Origin: Eledone cirrhosa
Taxonomy: Eukaryota
Reading direction: 5' to 3'
DNA: 64,000 nt
Assembly: GCA_964016885.1 (NCBI GenBank)
Contig: CAXHJY010000928.1
Coordinates: 806,001 to 870,000 of the forward strand
Under the pieces are notes generated by a model. It did not search any database and was not told the origin of the DNA. It saw only the letters and a list, made by a program, of their open reading frames with translations. The translations under genes were made by a program, and so were the position numbers. Of this stretch, positions 59,301 through 64,000 are shown piece after piece (the stretch's first letter is position 1; each line of letters begins with the position of its first letter).

Positions 59301-62300
59301 GGAGATAAATTACTGGGAGTTAAATTACTGGGAGTAAAATTACTGGGAGTAAAATTACTGTGAGTTAAATTACTGGGAGTCAAATTACTGGGAGATAAAT
59401 TACTGGTAGTCAAATTACTGGGAGTTAAATTACTGGGAGTCAAATTACTGGGAGTCAAATTACTGGGAGATAAATTACTGGGAGTCAAATTACTGGGAGA
59501 TAAATTACTGGGAGATAAATTACTGTGAGTTAAATTACTGGGAGATAAATTACTGGGAGTCAAATTACTGGGAGATAAATTACTGGGAGTTAAATTACTG
59601 GGAGTCAAATTACTGGGAGATAAATTACTGGGACTCAAATTACTGGGAGTTTAATTACTGGGAGTCAAACTACTGGGAGATAAATTACTGGGAGATAAAT
59701 TACTGGGAGTCAAATTACTGGGAGATAAATTACTGGGAGATAAATTACTGGGAGATAAATTACTGGGAGATAAATTACTGGGATTCAAATTACTGCGAGA
59801 TAAATTACTGGGAGATATATTACTGGGAGATAAATTACTGGGAGTCAAATTACTGCGAGATAAATTACTGGGAGTCAAATTACTGGGAGACAAATTACTG
59901 GGAGATAAATTACTGGGAGTCAAATTACTGGGAGATAAATTACTGGGAGTCAAATTACTGGGAGATAAACTACTGGGAGATAAATTACTGGGAGTCAAAT
60001 TACTGGGAGATAAATTACTGGGAGTCAAATTACTGGGAGTTAAATTACTGGGAGTCAAATTACTGGGAGTCAAATTACTGGGAGATAAATTACTGGGAGA
60101 TAAATTACTGGGAGTCAAATTACTGGGAGATAAATTACTGGGAGATAAATTACTGGGAGTCAAATTACTGGGAGATAAATTACTGGGAGTTAAATTACTG
60201 GGAGTCAAATTACTGGGAGTTAAATTACTGGGAGTCAAATTACTGGGAGATAAATTACTGGGAGTCAAACTACTGGGAGATAAATTACTGAGAGATAAAT
60301 TACTGGGAGTCAAATTACTGAGAGATAAATTACTGGGAGATAAATTACTGGGAGATAAATTACTGGGAGTCAAATTACTGCGAGATAAATTACTGGGAGT
60401 TAAATTACTGGGAGTCAAATTACTGGGAGTTAAATTACTGGGAGTCAAATTACTGGGAGATAAATTACTGGGAGTCAAACTACTGGGAGATAAATTACTG
60501 AGAGATAAATTACTGGGAGTCAAATTACTGAGAGATAAATTACTGGGAGTCAAATTACTGGGAGATAAATTACTGGGAGTCAAATTACTGCGAGATAAAT
60601 TACTGGGAGTTAAATTCCTGGGAAATAAATTACTGGGAGATAAATTACTGGGAGATAAGTTACTGGGAGTCAAATTACACGGAGATAAATTACTGGGAGA
60701 TAAATTACTGGGAGTTAAATTACTGGGAGTCAAATCACTGGGAGATGAATTACTGGGAGTTAAATTACTGGGAGTCAAATTACTGGGAGGTAAATTACTG
60801 GGAGTTAAATTACTGGGAGTCAAATTACTGGGAGTAAAATTACTGTGAGTTAAATTACTGGGAGTCAAATTACTGGGAGATAAATTACTGGGAGTCAAAT
60901 TACTGGGAGATAAATTACTGGGAGTTAAATTACTGGGAGTCAAATTACTGGGAGATAAATTACTGGGAGTCAAATTACTGGGAGATAAATTACTGGGAGT
61001 CAAACTACTGGGAGATAAATTACTGGGAGATTAATTACTGGGAGTCAAATTACTGGGAGATAAATTACTGGGAGATAAATTACTGGGAGTCAAATTACAG
61101 GGAGATAATTTACTGGGAGTCAAATTACTGGGAGATATATTACTGGGAGTTAAATTACTGGGAGATAAATTACTGGGAGTCAAATTACTGGGAGATAAAT
61201 TACTGGGAGTCAAATTACTGGGAGTTAAATTACTGGGAGTCAAATTACTGGGAGTAAAATTACTGTGAGTTAAATTACTGGGAGTCAAATTACTGGGAGA
61301 TAAATTACTGGGAGATAAATTACTGGGAGTCAAATTACTGGGAGTTAAATTACTGGGAGTCAAATTACTGGGAGTCAAATTACTGGGAGATAAATTACTG
61401 GAAGATAAATTACTGGGAGTCAAATTACTGGGAGTTAAATTACTGGGAGATAAATTACTGGGAGTTAAATTACTGGGAGTCAAATTACTGGTAGATAAAT
61501 TAATGGGAGATAAATTACTGGGAGTTAAATTACTGGGAGTCAAATTACTGGGAGAAAAATTACTGGGAGTCAAATTTCTGGGAGTCAAATTACTGGGAGA
61601 TAAATTACTGGGGGTCAAATTACTGGGAGATAAATTACTGGGAGATAAATTACTGGGAGTCAAATTACTGGGAGATATATTACTGGGAGATAAATTACTG
61701 GGAGTCAAATTACTGCGAGATAAATTACTGGGAGTCAAATTACTGGGAGACAAATTACTGGGAGATAAATTACTGGGAGTTAAATTATTGGGAGATAAAT
61801 TACTGGGAGTCAAATTACTGGGAGATAAATTACTGGAAGTCAAATTACTGGGAGTCAAATTACTGGGAGACAAATTACTGGGAGATAAATTACTGGGAGT
61901 TAAATTATTGGGAGATAAATTACTGGGAGACAAATTACTGGGAGATAAATTACTGGGAGTTAAATTATTGGGAGATAAATTACTGGGAGTCAAATTACTG
62001 GGAGATAAATTACTGGGAGTCAAATTACTGCGAGATAAATTACTGGGAGTTAAATTACTGGGAAATAAATTACTGGGAGATAAATTACTGGGAGATAAAT
62101 TACTGGGAGTCAAATTACACGGAGATAAATTACTGGGAGTCAAATTACTGGGAGATAAATTACTGGGAGTCAAATTACTGGGAGATAAATTACTGGGAGT
62201 TGAATTACTGGGAGTCAAATTACTGGGAGTTAAATTACTGGGAGTTAAATTACTGGGAGTCAAATTACTGGGAGATAAATTACTGGGATTTAAATTACTG

Positions 62301-64000
62301 GGAGTAAAATTACTGGGAGTAAAATTACTGTGAGTTAAATTACTGGGAGTCAAATTACTGGGAGATAAATTACTGGGAGTCAAATTACTGGGAGTTAAAT
62401 TACTGGGAGTCAAATTACTGGGAGTCAAATTACTGGGAAATAAATTACTGGGAGATAAATTACTGGGAGTCAAATTACTGGGAGATAAATTACTGGGAGA
62501 TAAATTACTGTGAGTTAAATTACTGGGAGATAAATTACTGGGAGTCAAATTACTGCGAGATAAATTACTGGGAGTTAAATTACTGGGAAATAAATTACTG
62601 GGAGATAAATTACTGGGAGATAAATTACTGGGAGTCAAATTACACGGAGATAAATTACTGGGAGTCAAATTACTGGGAGATAAATTACTGGGAGTCAAAT
62701 TACTGGGAGATAAATTACTGGGAGATAAATTACTGGGAGTTGAATTACTGGGAGTCAAATTACTGGGAGATAAATTACTGGGACTCAAATTACTGGGAGA
62801 TAAATTAATGGGAGATAAATTACTGGGAGTTAAATTACTGGGAGTCAAATTACTGGGAGATAAATTACTGGGGGTCAAATTACTGGGAGATAAATTACTG
62901 GGATAAAAATTACTGGGAGTCAAATTACTGGGACATAAATTACTGGGAGTTAAATTACTGGGAGATAAATTACTGGGAGTAAAAATTACTGGGAGATAAA
63001 TTACTGGGAGTTAAATTACTGAGAGTCAAATTACTGGGAGTCAAATTACTGGGAGATAAATTACTGGGTGTTAAATTACTGGGAGTCAAATGACTGGGAG
63101 AAAAATTACTGGGAGTCAAATTACTGGTAGATAAATTACTGGGAGTCAAATTACTGGGAGATAAATTACTGGGAGATAAATTACTGGGAGTCAAATTACT
63201 GGGAGATAAATTACTGGGAGATAAATTAATGGGAGTCAAATTACTGCGAGATAAATTACTGGGAGTCAAATTACTGGGAGATAAATTACTGGGAGATAAA
63301 TTACTGGGAGTTAAATTATTGGGAGATAAATTACTGGGAATCAAATTACTGGGAGATAAATTACTGGGAGTCAAATTACTGGGAGTCAAATTACTGGGAG
63401 ATAAATTACTGGGAGATAAATTACTGGGAGATAAATTACTGGGAGTTAAATTATTGGGAGATAAATTACTGGGAGTCAAATTACTGGGAGTCAAATTACT
63501 GGGAGATAAATTACTGGGAGATAAATTACTGGGAGTCAAATTACTGGGACATAAATTACTGGGAGTCAAATTACTGGGAGATAAATTACTGGTAGTCAAA
63601 TTACTGGGAGTTAAATTACTGGGAGTCAAATTACTGGGAGTCAAATTACTGGGAGATAAATTACTGGGAGATAAATTACTGTGAGTTAAATTACTGGGAG
63701 ATAAATTACTGGGAGTCAAATTACTGGGAGATAAATTACTGGGAGTTAAATTACTGGGAGTCAAATTACTGGGAGATAAATTACTGGGAGATAAATTACT
63801 GGGATTCAAATTACTGCGAGATAAATTACTGGGAGATATATTACTGGGAGATAAATTACTGGGAGTCAAATTACTGCGAGATAAATTACTGGGAGTCAAA
63901 TTACTGGGAGACAAATTACTGGGAGATAAATTACTGGGAGTCAAATTACTGGGAGATAAATTACTGGGAGTCAAATTACTGGGAGATAAACTACTGGGAG

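Larger units (their letters stand above)
1..64000 (+). repeat. 15-bp satellite array, consensus AAATTACTGGGAG[AT/TC/TT], ~4,260 head-to-tail monomers, extends beyond both window edges
   Basis: Every line parses into 15-bp units (60-bp lines keep the same phase for kilobases). A near-invariant 13-bp core is followed by a variable dinucleotide. No inversion or non-repeat insert seen. GC is 33-40% per monomer and the + strand is purine/G-rich. Confidence 0.99.

Noticed and set aside
190-63684. Plus-strand ORFs (GDKLL/GVKLL)n and (NYWE[I/S/L])n as proteins, e.g. leucine-rich repeats
   Set aside because: They are alternate frames of the same 15-mer, start at chance TTG/GTG/ATG variants, switch frame at indels and have no unique domains.
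66-63974. A family of many small genes ending in ...NFYSQ
   Set aside because: The shared C-terminus is just the frameshift caused by the 16-bp monomer, and the starts are in-repeat TTG codons.
1-64000. CRISPR array or other repeat-spacer system
   Set aside because: The variable part is only 2 nt with three main states. There are no unique spacers, leader or cas genes, and the 13-bp core is too short and not palindromic.
1-64000. Direct telomerase product
   Set aside because: Point variants are inherited in kilobase collinear blocks, which indicates DNA-level duplication rather than repeated copying of a short RNA template.
1-64000. Sequencing concatemer or rolling-circle artefact
   Set aside because: Variants recur in stable nested patterns at many different periods with copy-specific differences. 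Local mis-assembly of copy number cannot be excluded without reads.
1-64000. Embedded transposon, RNA gene, inversion or unique island
   Set aside because: On reading through I found no stretch departing from the monomer by more than a few bases and no reverse-orientation (CTCCCAGTAATTT) units.

Overview
The whole 64 kb window is one uninterrupted head-to-tail tandem array of a 15-bp monomer, consensus AAATTACTGGGAG+[AT|TC|TT], about 4,260 copies. All copies have the same orientation and the array runs off both ends. I see no unique sequence, recognisable gene, RNA gene, transposon or CRISPR spacer. The ORF track is a by-product of a 15-bp (5-codon) period with three stop-free frames: GDKLL/GVKLL and NYWE[I/S/L] on +, SNL[S/T]P on -. 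The informative signal is internal. Rare variant monomers (about 70 copies of one 16-bp monomer, a few 14-bp monomers, many point variants) act as markers for nested higher-order repeats of about 181 bp, 601 bp, 0.9, 1.4, 2.5-2.7, 6.1, 12.9-14.3 and 24 kb. They also define two interleaved sub-families with different marker sets and indel densities. The most parsimonious reading is a young, recombination-amplified satellite DNA, probably eukaryotic heterochromatin. I cannot name the organism or satellite family, and I cannot support a novel protein-coding system from this window. All counts were made by eye and are approximate.
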